Origin: Macrostomum lignano
Taxonomy: Eukaryota
Reading direction: 5' to 3'
DNA: 64,000 nucleotides
Assembly (NCBI GenBank): GCA_002269645.1
Contig: NIVC01002278.1
Location: forward strand, 1-64,000
The notes beneath the pieces were generated by a model. That model saw only the letters and a list, made by a program, of their open reading frames with translations, was not told the origin of the DNA and did no database searches. The translations under genes and the position numbers were made by a program. Below are positions 46,376 to 58,058 of this stretch, in pieces. Every line of letters begins with the position of its first letter. The stretch's first letter is position 1.

Positions 46376-46376
46376 G

Positions 46377-47119
46377 TGAGGTGGGGGTAGAGAAGATTTA
46401 TAATTTTGAATTGGCAGTTTGCGTTGTTGGTTGACACCAGTGAGGTGGGGTGGATTTCACGTTTGAATTGCCGCCTGCATTGTCTCGACACTTATAAAGC
46501 GGGAAAATTTCTCGAGTTGATGCACTGATTCTTCTTGGGTACTCCGTCTGCCGGGGTCCTCATTTCTGGGGGGAGGGTAGTTGTAATTGCAGTCGAGTGG
46601 TCTTTTGTGGCACAGTCATTCAAATTGGGTCCTCAGACACCGTAGAATTCGTGAACTGTCAATATGCTTGGTTTGTTACTATCAGTAGTAAAGTAGTGCT
46701 GCCACCATTGTAATTTCGTATTATGGAACGTTAAAGGTCTCAGAGCTTTCTTTGAAATGAGACTGATTGGTTATTTTACACCCCGCGGGCAAATGACTTA
46801 ATAAAGACTATAAGCTTCAATTCAGAACAACTGAATAAATTAATAATGTTGGCTGTTGCTACAATAAAAATAAAAATACAATAAAAATTTACTACAAACA
46901 AGGGGTGGGACACAAGGGGGAACACCGGGGGGAGCACAGTAAAACAAGGCAAAAACAAAGGAAGGAGCAACAGAGGAAACAGAGGTGGGAACAACAAAGG
47001 GAAAACAAAACTATCGTCCATTGGAGCCGCTGGTGACGTCAAATACCACTCCTCCGGAGGGAGGCGTGGTGCAGTCGCCAACTGCTGCCGGAACCCCAGT
47101 GGTAGACCGGCCTACCACA
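46377..47119 (-). mobile_element. 5' LTR (743 bp)
   Basis: Direct repeat of 40762-41809; starts TGTGGTAGG and ends CCCACCTCA on the minus strand; followed by the PBS. Confidence 0.9.
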
Positions 47120-49683
47120 TAAGTCTACCTCTGTTGCCTACTGCTCAACAAACAACCAAGAATTAAAAAAACCACATTGCCATAGGTGCGCATATTTGCC
47201 TTACAAACTTGCAGGTTATAACCAGTATGGTCTTTCTATATTTAGAAATTTAGTGATTCCTCATCTTCCATTGGAAGTTCAGAGAATGTTAGAATGAAAT
47301 GAGCAGCAAAGTTAGCATCTTCTGTGCATATCAGACATTGATAATATGTAGCACTTCCTTTGTTATGTTAGGGATTCACTTTTTAGATAAAATGACTGAT
47401 TATGCTCACTACAATCTTTAAAAACTGGCCAAATCACCCCATTCATCCAAGATGCCTTCATTCTGTAATTTAGTTGGCCTTCTTTTTCTTCTACAACAAG
47501 ATAAGACTTGAAAACACTTGGCAAAATTCTGATTGTATAAAACTGTGGTAGATGATAAACATTTTTTAGCTCGTAAAATTCACATGTAAAAACATCTTTA
47601 AAAAATATGGAAATACTAATATTTCTTCCATTACAAAAAATCACTAACCTTACTTGGTGCTGCAGTACTATAGCCTTCTGTCTTATTGCCATGCTTAGCT
47701 ACAGACTGCATGCTTCTGTGCTACTTGTGCAGAACATGGACCTGCTAGTATAGTGGCCAGCTTAAAGAGCTAGAATAAATGTATGAGTAAAACATATTTT
47801 ATATACCAAAAAATCATTTCAACATGAAAGATTATAAAATGTCTAAAAAACTAATTAATATATATGTCATAGACCTATATAGAAACTTTATATTTAATTA
47901 ACTTAAGCCAATGTATTTAAAGCTTAAATTTATAGCAAGCTTAGCTCCAATACCTAATGGTAGATTGTAGTGTCCAAAATTTATTCTATTATATGCAACA
48001 TTGCAAGTTCTTTGATGAGTAACTTTTTAAACTTAACCATGCCTAGCAAACATGTTCTTGGTAGAATTGTAATGTTAGTCTATATGTGTATATATGTTGT
48101 AGAATGATAAAATTAAAAGTAGATAAAATTGGTAAACATGTAAATATATATGTTATACCTATATATAGTGTACTATGGTATATAAAAAAGTGAAAAAGCA
48201 GCATAGAAAAATAATAATAGATGCTTAGGATACAAAATATTGTTGTAATATACTTTAACATATTAACTGAAACTATATCATATGCCAATGTTAAGTGTTT
48301 TTAATTATATGTATACATAAAGTGTGTACATATAAGTGAAAGATAAAAAATGACTTTACAATAAAGCAAAAAATCAGAAAATGCTTTATGAATGTAAATT
48401 TATTTTATTGTCTTCAGGTGTGATTGTGATGGCTTGTCATTTTTTTCTTTTGGTTTCCAAGAAAAATAAAAATTGATTTTTGAAAATAAAGACCTGAATA
48501 AAATAAACAATATTAATAATTTTACTTCAGTCATTTCCAAAGAAAAACATGCAAATAGTACTTCTATAGCACAGAGAATAGTTGACAGAATAGTTAATAT
48601 AAAAGTTGACAGAAAAGTTGATAGAATAGTTGACAGAAAAGTTAATAGAAAAGTTGACATAAAAGTTTTAATTCAGTAGGTATTAAGCAGGCAACTAGCC
48701 ATGGTTTTAGTGGTATACTATGATAATTAAGTTGCATGATTGCTTGAGTTATGAGTCTATTATATCTGTCCCACATTAACTGACCACTGACAAAGTCTAC
48801 CTACCTAAATGATAGGAGTAATAGTCAGACTTTTTGTTAGAGACAAATCTTTATAGTCATATCATTTTGCACCAATTTGAATTGCAAATTTCTAACAAAA
48901 TAATTAAATTTTCAAAAGAAAAGATTGCCTGTAAGGCCTATATATTCTCTATCATCTAATTTATTATACTTTGATTTTTCTCAGTATTTAAACTACTTTT
49001 ATATAATTAAAAAAGCAGAATGTTATTATCAAAGTTAGAAAAAATTATAAATAACATTTAATTGATTGATACTTGATATATATAATATATCATCATTAAA
49101 ATATTTTGTTTATAGCTTAGTGTTTTAATCTGAATAAATAATAAAAATAAATAAACTTTGTACTCATATTTAGCTTAAAGCTATAATAATGATTGTACTG
49201 CTCTTAGTCTTAGGCTATAGTAAATTAATTCTAGCTTATTTGATTATTGTTTCAAATATATACCTGTTTCATGACAAGTCTTAGACAATATATAATACAA
49301 TATTGTGAGTTTATTATCGCATGCTATATATTTTTAGGCAAAATGTGCATGTTATATTGCTTTATTTTATAAATTAATGGCTATATAAAATATAGCTTGT
49401 GGCAGCCTAACTGAGAATAAAGCCATCCACACAGAATTTATTGATTTTTATGTTGTTCACTTTATTTATTTGCAATTTAGACTAAGGCAAAAAAACACAG
49501 CCAAGGCCCTTTGCAGGCAGCATATGGAGAAGTTAGTTAGGCTGTCAGTTAGGTCTAGTTAGCTGTGTAACCTGTATAAGCCAGAGCCAGATTGCCTTTG
49601 CAGCCATTGCCTCATCATGGATGCTAAAATGTTGCATAGGAAAAAACGCAAAATAATTAAATGAACTGCTGCATTGCATTGAG

Positions 49684-50019
49684 GTGCAAAGCATGGCACT
49701 GCCCCATGTGCCTCAGCCAATTAGAGGTGGTGCTCTTGGTTCCTTAGCAATGTCTAGTGCAGTGGCAGCCTGCAGTCCATTGCTGGCTGGCCGCCTTGAT
49801 GCTGGCAGTGAGGACAGAAGTTTCACCAAATTGTCAGCCCAGACTCCGCTTGGTGAAACTTGTAGGTCACCGCTTCCAGAGCTGAAGTCACAGCAACAGC
49901 AGCAGCGGCCACCATCAGCCTCGCTACAGCGGCCTCGAACTCTTGACCTGCCTGGCTTGACCGCTACTGTCAATCAACTGCCAGATGGTCCCGCACCATT
50001 GGCCGACACTGATGGCTGA
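49684..50019 (+). CDS. Candidate coding exon, low-complexity protein of unknown function
   Basis: 111 open codons with a Gln run in a GC-rich patch within AT-rich DNA; splice sites not clearly resolved. Confidence 0.3.
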   Translation: MQSMALPHVPQPIRGGALGSLAMSSAVAACSPLLAGRLDAGSEDRSFTKLSAQTPLGETCRSPLPELKSQQQQQRPPSASLQRPRTLDLPGLTATVNQLPDGPAPLADTDG

Positions 50020-50464
50020 TTTTGATTAGCAAATCAGCGAATTCATATCAATCTTTTTATTGGTTTATGCCTTTATCTATCGAGAATGCATATTAAAATA
50101 TGATTTTATTTGCTTGCTTTATGAATCATGAGCTTAATGATTATTTTTTGCTGGCTTTTTCTCTTGCGCCACATTTTTAATATTTGCATTCATTTTGTAC
50201 TGACTTCGTCTGCCCATCGCTTCTTTGACTTGCTGGCTTGTGCAATGCTTGCTTTCTTCTTCAAGATTTCTTTTTTATTCGATCAACTGTGGAACAAGTT
50301 GTGAAAGGGTCCAGAAGCGTCTATATATTGTCAATCAATAAAGTATCGCCTATTCCGAACGAGTCTCATTATTTTTTGTTTACTTACTTAACTACTATGA
50401 GTAGTGTTTATAGGACTATAATGTAAATAGTTGAGTTGAAAAGTATTTATTAGATTATTAGATA

Positions 50465-51075
50465 GATGCCAATTGGCTCAATGGGGAGTTGCTGAGATGC
50501 CAATTGGCTCAATGGGGAGTTGCTGAGATGCCAATTGGCTCAATGGGGAGTTGCTGAAATGCCAATTGGCTCAATGGGGAGTGGCTAAGATGCCAATTGG
50601 CTCAATCGTGAGTTGCTGAGATGCCAATTGGCTCAATGGGGAGTGGCTAAGATGCCAATTGGCTCAATGGGGAGTGGCTAAGATGCCAATTGGCTCAATA
50701 GGGAGTGGCTGAGATGCCATGGCTCAATGGGGAGTGGCTGAGATGCCAATTGGCTCAATGGGGAGTTGCTGAGATGCCAATTGGCTCAATAGGGAGTGGC
50801 TGAGATGCCATGGCTCAATGGGGAGTTGCTGAGATGCCAATTGGCTCAATGGGGAGTTGCTGAGATGCCAATTGGCTCAATGGGGGAGTTTCTGAGATGC
50901 CAATTGGCTCAATGGGGAGTAGCTGAGATGCCAATTGGCTCAATGGGGGGTTGCTGAAATGCCAATTGGCTCAATGGGAGTTGCTGAAATGCCAATTGTC
51001 TCAATCGGGGGTTGCTGAGATTCCATGGCCAAATGGGGAGTTGCTGAGGTGACAAGGCTCAATGGGGAGTTGCTA
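50465..51075 (+). repeat. 31-bp minisatellite (GATGCCAATTGGCTCAATGGGGAGTTGCTGA)n, about 20 copies
   Basis: Read directly; each unit holds the palindrome GCCAATTGGC. Confidence 0.96.
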
Positions 51076-51279
51076 AGGTGCTGAGTCTAGGTTGGCCACG
51101 AATTGATTCTTGATTCAGTCTGGCCCATATTTATCTTTTATCTATTCGAATGCTATAGCGAGCTGTCTAATTCATTTTGTCCGCCTGGAGAGACCTAACT
51201 AGCTAGTTTTTTAGTTTACTACTAGAATTCTTAACTTAAGTAGTATGTTAGCAAACTTTCATTCCATGCATGATAACAG

Positions 51280-51834
51280 ATTTCTGTGTCCTGTGCATCC
51301 CCAACCCTTGGCATGTCCGGCCCAACTTCGTTTCCCGACTTCCGACCCACTGAGCTGTCGTTGCTGTGCAGCGAGGCCGAGTCCCAGATGCAGCGCACTC
51401 TGAAAGGCTTGCACCAGGCTATTCTTGTCCGCCAGGCTGCACTCCGTCGGGCCGCCCGACGGAGCGCTAACGAGGGCGCGCAAGACAACGAAACTCCGGA
51501 GATGCGACGGCGTCGCCTCCTGGACGAGCTGCGGCACGGCCAGGCGATGGCCGAGCTGGCCGCCAGACAGGGCGACACCGAGGAGGCCGCCTACAGGGTG
51601 GAGCGGGAGCGCCAGCTGAAGGCTGAGTTAGATGAGGCTGAATCCGAGGCCAATCAACCGGACGGCGGCTGGGCTGTCGGCGTCGGAGTCAACAAAAATC
51701 TGCTGTCGGCCGCGTTCACCGAGGCGGTGGACGAATTTCAGACTCAACTGCTGGTGGAGCTGCGTCAGGCCGGCAGTGTGCTTGCCGAACAGGAGGTCAA
51801 GGAGCTGGCTGCTGATAGTAATCTGGGCTTGTAG
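51280..51834 (+). CDS. Coiled-coil protein of unknown function, terminal (or single) coding exon
   Basis: 184 open codons rich in E/R/A/L with strong GC3 codon use; possible acceptor taacag|ATT at 51280, or an internal ATG (MSGPTSF); stop at 51834. Confidence 0.7.
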   Translation: MSVSCASPTLGMSGPTSFPDFRPTELSLLCSEAESQMQRTLKGLHQAILVRQAALRRAARRSANEGAQDNETPEMRRRRLLDELRHGQAMAELAARQGDTEEAAYRVERERQLKAELDEAESEANQPDGGWAVGVGVNKNLLSAAFTEAVDEFQTQLLVELRQAGSVLAEQEVKELAADSNLGL

Positions 51835-51839
51835 GGCCT

Positions 51840-52280
51840 CTGCAGTCACTGAGCTTCTGGGCCATAGACTATTCGCTTCGTTGTGCAGTCTGGCCCATAG
51901 ACTATTCACTTCCTTGTACAGTCTGGCCCATAGACTATTCACTTCCTTGTGCAGTCTACTTCTTGGCCATAGACTATTCTCTGTGTAGTTTGGCCCATTG
52001 ACTATTCACTTCCCTGTGTGCAGTCTGACCCATAGATTATTCACTTCCTTGTGGAGTCTGGCCCATAGACTATTCACTTCCTGATGCAGTCTGGCCCATA
52101 GACTATTCACTTCCTGATGCAGTCTGGCCCATAGACTATTCACTTCCTGATGCAGTCAGGCCCATAGACTTCACTTCCTGATGCAGTCTGGCCCATAGAC
52201 TATTCACTTCCTGATGCAGTCTGGCCCATAGACTATTCACTTCCTTGTACAGTCTGGCTTATGTGTAGTATGGGCCATAG
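51840..52280 (+). repeat. 33-bp minisatellite (GCAGTCTGGCCCATAGACTATTCACTTCCTGAT)n, about 12 divergent copies
   Basis: Read directly. Confidence 0.92.
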
Positions 52281-52821
52281 ACAAGTTATTCTAATTGATT
52301 TCTGAATTGAAGACTACTCTCTATGGAGTGTACAAGATTTACTTATAAAGTACGTACGCAAGTCTATCAACCTGTAATTTTTCCCTTATTGATATTCTTT
52401 CAAAAGGAAGACCGGATTTTTATGATCGTTTGTAAGTTTCAATAACTCTTTATGTTATAATCTTAATGGCATTCTAATATATATTGTACTTTTGAGTAAG
52501 TGCGATTGAAAGCAGAATTATGCAGAATTCCTAGACTGACTTCCAGGAAATTTTAGACGTATGACACAAATCAAATTCTCAAATGCGTCTCATTTCATTT
52601 CTCTCTTTAATTTCATGTATTCTGTCAAGTTCATGAATTTTGAGAAGGAAATAATGAGTGTACGCAAAGCGGGAGAATACGCTGCAGCTCTCATGAACAG
52701 CTCAGCCAATGGCAACGGAAATGGGCTTTCGGCTTTAATAGGTTATAAATCTCTATACTCGTGCTCAGTGTAGTACGCAGGCGAACTCCTAAAATCATCA
52801 GTAGTAAATTTCCGTCATAAA

Positions 52822-52979
52822 ATGCGCCTGCTCATGCGATGCCCTACAGTGTTTCTTCTGATGGTTTTGCAGCTGCTGTCGTTTAAGTTGTCGACTGCTT
52901 CGGCTCTGGCCATCCCAGCTGGTGCTCTGGCCAATAAGTCTTCTCTGCTGCCAGCACGCTACAGTCCGAGCGATGCCAG
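52822..52979 (+). CDS. Uncharacterised membrane protein, exon 1 (signal peptide)
   Basis: MRLLMRCPTVFLLMVLQLLSFKLSTASALA...; donor AG|gttaga, phase 2. Not in the ORF track. Confidence 0.6.
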
Positions 52980-53002
52980 GTTAGATGGTTGCTGACTGCA
53001 TT

Positions 53003-54650
53003 AGGGCTGCCATTACATTTGAGGAGTGCCAGCATCAGGGCTGCCATTACATTTGAGGAGTGCCAGCATCAGGGCTGCCATTACATTTGAGGAGTGCCAG
53101 CATCAGGGCTGCCATTACATTTGAGGAGTGCCAGCATCAGGGGTGCCATTACATTTGAGAAGTGCCAGAAGCAGGGCTGCCATTACATTTGAGAAGTGCC
53201 AGAAGCAGGGCTGCCATTACATTTGAGAAGTGCCAGAAGCAGGGCTGCCATTACATTTGAGGAGTGCCAGCATCAGGGGCTGTCATTACATTTGAGGAGT
53301 GCCAGAAGCAGGGCTGCCATTACATTTGAGGAGTGTCAGAAGCAGGGCTGCCATTACATTTGAGGAGTGCCAGCATCAGGGCTGCCATTACATTTGAGGA
53401 GTGCCAGCATCAGGGCTGCCATTACATTTGAGGAGTGCCAGCATCAGGGGCTGCCATTACATTTGAGGAGTGCCAGAAGCAGGGCTGCCATTACATTTGA
53501 GGAGTGCCAGAAGCAGGGGCTGTCATTACATTTGAGGAGTGCCAGCATCAGGGCTGCCATTACATTTGAGGAGTGCCAGAAGCAGGGGCTGTCATTACAT
53601 TTGAGGAGTGCCAGCATCAGGGCTGCCATTACATTTGAGGAGTGCCAGCATCAGGGCTGCCATTACATTTGAGGAGTGCCAGAAGCAGGGCTGCCAATAC
53701 ATTTGAGGAGTGTCAGAAGCAGGGCTGCCATTACATTTGAGGAGTGCCAGAAGCAGGGCTGCCATTACATTTGAGGAGTGCCAGAAGCAGGGCTGTCATT
53801 ACATTTGAGGAGTGCCAGAAGCAGGGCTGCCATTACATTTGAGAAGTGCCAGAAGCAGGGCTGCCATTACATTTGAGAAGTGCCAGAAGCAGGGCTGCCA
53901 TTACATTTGAGAAGTGCCAGCATCAGGACTGTCATTACATTTGAGGAGTGCCAGCATCAGGACTGTCATTACATTTGAGGAGTGCCAGCATCAGGGCTGT
54001 CATTACATTTGAGGAGTGCCAGCATCAGGGCTGCCATTACATTTGAGGAGTGCCAGCATCAGGACTGTCATTACATTTGAGGAGTGCCAGCATCAGGACT
54101 GTCATTACATTTGAGGAGTGCCAGCATCAGGACTGTCATTACATTTGAGGAGTGCCAGCATCAGGACTGTCATTACATTTGAGGAGTGCCAGCATCAGGA
54201 CTGTCATTACATTTGAGGAGTGCCAGCATCAGGACTGTCATTACATTTGAGGAGTGCCAGCATCAGGACTGTCATTACATTTGAGGAGTGTCAGCATCAG
54301 GGCTGCCATTACATTTGAGGAGTGCCAGCATCAGGACTGTCATTACATTTGAGGAGTGCCAGAAGCAGGGGCTGTCATTACATTTGAGGAGTGCCAGCAT
54401 CAGGACTGTCATTACATTTGAGGAGTGCCAGCATCAGGGCTGCCATTACATTTGAGGAGTGCCAGCATCAGGACTGTCATTACATTTGAGGAGTGCCAGA
54501 AGCAGGGGCTGTCATTACATTTGAGGAGTGCCAGCATCAGGACTGTCATTACATTTGAGGAGTGCCAGCATCAGGGGTGCCATTACATTTGAGGAGTGCC
54601 AGCATCAGGACTGTCATTACATTTGAGGAGTGTCAGCATCAGGGCTGCCC
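53003..54650 (+). repeat. 34-bp minisatellite (AGGGCTGCCATTACATTTGAGGAGTGCCAGCATC)n, about 48 copies
   Basis: Read directly. Confidence 0.97.
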
Positions 54651-55199
54651 TTATACATGTACATCTATAGCGTTTCTCTCGTATAAAAGGCGAATTATAT
54701 TTAATAGCAAAATATTAGGATACTGTTAGTTGGGCGTCTAAAGCAGACGAGCCAGATGGATCTTAATATATCAACATATAGGTATTAGACGCTCGTATAG
54801 AAATGTATAAATGTCATTTCACTATTGAAATTCACTAGTAAACCAAGAATGTCCGGCAATGGACAATATCAAAGGTTTGATAAATCCTTTCCCTGAAGAA
54901 TTAGGGAAACACACGGTGTCGATTTTCACCAATTAACTTCCTCCGAGCGCCTTCTACAGACGCTGACAGCCTGCCGTTACGCCGACGACACGAAGACGAC
55001 GTGTCGTCATCTTGCAAAGCGTCGATATCGCAGATCGGGATGATAGAACCCGATTCGGTGCAAAATTGTTTATTACAGTACACCTGCCTTAATGGCCAGA
55101 TGTGCAACCGACAGCTCAGCCGCAGCTATTGCGCGGCGCATCTGAAGGCTGCGTACGGCTGTTCAGTCCAAGGACTGGGGGGTCGCCACACACCCTCAA

Positions 55200-55340
55200 T
55201 TACCCCAGCTAATGCTGGCACCCATTTTACAGCTGGGTGAACTGAAGCAATGCAGAGTTAAATGTCTTGCTAAGGATACAAATTGTTTCGAGTGGTGTCG
55301 AGAATCGAACTCCCGACCTTTCAATCGTGAGTTCAGCGCC
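55200..55340 (-). mobile_element. CORE-type (MIR-like) SINE fragment; may extend to about 55070
   Basis: Minus strand: tRNA-like head with GTTCGATTC, then TGTATCCTTAGCAAGACATTTAACT...CAGTTCACCCAGCTGTAAAATGGG, resembling the MIR CORE (ACCTTGGGCAAGTCACTT...CAGTTTCCTCATCTGTAAAATGGG). Confidence 0.7.
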
Positions 55341-55430
55341 CTAACCAGGCTTCAAGTGCACCATTGCTTTGGTGCAATGCATTCTGCAGAAATTAGTTCA
55401 GAAACAACAAACAAGTTCACAAACTTGCAG

Positions 55431-55769
55431 ACGCGGTGGACAGCTCCTTCAAAAGTTTCTGTTCAGTCTGTCCGACTGTCTGTCGGCCAGCGCCTGTCTG
55501 GATCAGCTGAGCGCCGCCCTCGAGACAGCCGCCGCCGCGTCAGCCACAGCCGACGACGGACTGTCGCAGACGAGGCCGGCTGTGAAGCAGCTGACCGGGC
55601 CGGCTGCTGAGGCGTTTCGCCGGCGCGCCAATCAACGCCGTCTGCTGGTGTTGCTGCCGCTCTGCTTGGGCGTCTGCCTGGCCTGCCTGCTCGGCCTCTG
55701 GTGCTGCGCCTGGATAAAGCGGGACATCAGGACCCACGATAATAAGATTAACCACATCCTCAGCGATAG
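55431..55769 (+). CDS. Uncharacterised membrane protein, exon 2 (transmembrane segment)
   Basis: Acceptor cttgcag|A, phase 2; hydrophobic LLVLLPLCLGVCLACLLGLWCCAWI; donor AG|gtgaga, phase 2. Confidence 0.75.
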
Positions 55770-55796
55770 GTGAGAATACGAGTATTGGAAAGATAA

Positions 55797-56942
55797 ATGG
55801 TCTCTTCAGTGTCTTCAGTTCCAAGTCTCTACAGTTCCAAGTCTCTTCAATTCAAAGTCTCTTCAGTTCCAAGTCTCTTCAGTTCCAAGTCTCTTCACTT
55901 CCAAATCTCTTCAGTTCCAAGTCTCTTCAGTTCCAAGTCTCTTCAGTTCCAAGTCTCTTCAATTCAAAGTCTCTTCAGTTCCAAGTCTCTTCAGTTCCAA
56001 GTCTCTTCAGTTCCAAGTCTCTTCACTTCCAAATCTCTTCAGTTCCAAGTCACTTCAGATCCAAGTCTCTTCAGTTCCAAATCTCTTCAGTTCCAAATCT
56101 CTTCACTTCCAAGTCTCTACAGTTCCAAGTCTCTTCAGTTCCAAGTCTCTTCAGTTCCAAGTCTCTTCAGTTCCAAGTCTCTTCAGTTCCAAGTCACTTC
56201 AGTTCCAAGTCTCTTCAGTTCCAAGTCTCTTCAGTTCCAAGTCACTTCAGTTCCAAGTCTCTTCAGTTCCAAGTCTCTTCAGTTCCAAGTCACTTCAGTT
56301 CCAAGTCTCTTCAGTTCCAAGTCTCTTCAGTTCCAAGTCTCTTCAGTTCCAAGTCTCTTCAGTTCCAAGTCTCTTCACTTCCAAGTCTCTTCAGTTCCAA
56401 GTCTCTTCAGTTCCAAGTCACTTCAGTTCCAAGTCTCTTCAGTTCCAAGTCTCTTCAGTTCCAAGTCTCTTCAGTTCCAAATCTCTTCAGTTCCAAGTCT
56501 CTTCACTTCCAAATCTCTTCAGTTCCAAGTCTCTTCAGTTCCAAGTCTCTTCAGTTCCAAGTCTCTTCAGTTCCAAGTCTCTTCAGTTCCAAGTCTCTTC
56601 AGTTCCAAGTCTCTTCAGTTCCAAGTCTCTTCAGTTCCAAGTCTCTTCAGTTCCAAGTCTCTTCAGTTCCAAGTCTCTTCAGTTCCAAGTCTCTTCAGTT
56701 CCAAGTCTCTTCAGTTCCAAGTCTCTTCAGTTCCAAGTCTCTTCAGTTCCAAGTCTCTTCAGTTCCAAGTCTCTTCAGTTCCAAGTCTCTTCAGTTCCAA
56801 GTCTCTTCAGTTCCAAGTCTCTTCAGTTCCAAGTCTCTTCAGTTCCAAGTCTCTTCAGTTCCAAGTCTCTTCAGTTCCAAGTCTCTTCAGTTCCAAGTCT
56901 CTTCAATTCCAAGTCTCTTCACTTCCAAGTCTCTTCAGTTCC
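55797..56942 (+). repeat. 16-bp minisatellite (AGTTCCAAGTCTCTTC)n, about 71 copies
   Basis: Read directly. Confidence 0.98.
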
Positions 56943-57675
56943 TTTGCAGATAACCTAGATGCAAATTAGAGGCAAAGGACGTCTTCAGAGGATCTTAACT
57001 ATAGCTGGTAAATCTACCTTTTAAGTGCCACGCTGCATTGGGAAGAAGCTCGGGAGCAGGTGACTTTTCATGACAGCCGTTTGCCGGTTTGAGCTCCAAA
57101 ATCAAGCCTATTCATAATGCCTCAACGGATTGGCTCATGATTGCTACCTTTAGTCTGCCCCCATAATTAGCAAAGCTCTTTTTCCATACAGAAATCCTAT
57201 TGTCTTATAATTAAGTCAGAACAGGACAGGTAGGCAAACGAATGCATCTGAAATGTATGGGAGGAAAAACTTCGTTGCTAGGCGTTTTCAGTTTGTTCCC
57301 TTCGCAGCTACATGTAGCTTGCCTCTTCACCTGTCCATAAAACAAAACTTAAGTGGAGGGGGAGGGGACATTCCCCTTGGCTTCCCATTTGGCAGCAGTA
57401 GATTTGGTCGTGCCCATAGACATAGACGGAAAAGGCAAGCAAGTTGATGATTCGGCCATAGACATCGGCACAAAGAAGGGCGTCACCAGCAACATCTCTC
57501 GCTGAAATCATTGATGAGGACGCACTTTTTTTTCCAAACTTCACGCTCGCACATGGGCTCCAAACTTGCTAGCCTACTAACAACAGGCTATGGGCATTTT
57601 TTTTTCTCTTTATGTAATTTTCCTAGAATCCATACTAATTATATGATTTTGCCATACTAGTAGTTATAATAACAT

Positions 57676-58058
57676 AGGTGCGGCTTTTGGGTCATAAATC
57701 ATCGCTTTCGAGCTGGTCTGACAGCCACCTGCGCCTCACTCAGTGCTGAGACTGGCGCCAGATGGTCTGAGAGGATGCGGGCGGTAGCTTTTTTCTCATC
57801 ATTTTGGCAGGCCATCAAGATTTATGAGGTCAGGGCCTATTGTTCGTGTTTACTCAAGCATGTGACAGCTTTGACAGCTATGCGTTTTACCCCTAAAAGT
57901 ACATTGGGATTAGCGATTAGCGATTTCTCTTCATTATCTTCACTTTCTACTTAATAAGAGCTTTCGAATGTATATTTTTTCATTCATTTTTGTCATTCCT
58001 ACGCGAAAGGTCATAAATCATTATGTATAGTGATTTTGAGTGATTTATGACCGCACCT
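57676..58058. mobile_element. Candidate MITE with imperfect terminal inverted repeats
   Basis: Left AGGTGCGG(CTTTTGG)GTCATAAATCA versus right TGATTTATGACCGCACCT; no clean TSD. Confidence 0.4.

Larger units (their letters stand above)
40762..47119 (-). mobile_element. Full-span but decayed Ty3/Gypsy LTR retrotransposon with internal deletion
   Basis: Two similar LTRs ending TG...CA, 4-bp TSD TAAG (40758-40761 and 47120-47123), PBS, and gag, protease, partial RNase H and integrase remnants with stops and frameshifts. Confidence 0.93.

Noticed and set aside
55060-55130. CLLQYTCLNGQMC as a second EGF-like motif
   Set aside because: Cys5-6 are absent, no donor follows Cys4, and the stretch overlaps the likely tail of the CORE-SINE.
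55797-56969. 390-aa Ser-rich ORF
   Set aside because: Translation of the 16-bp intronic minisatellite.
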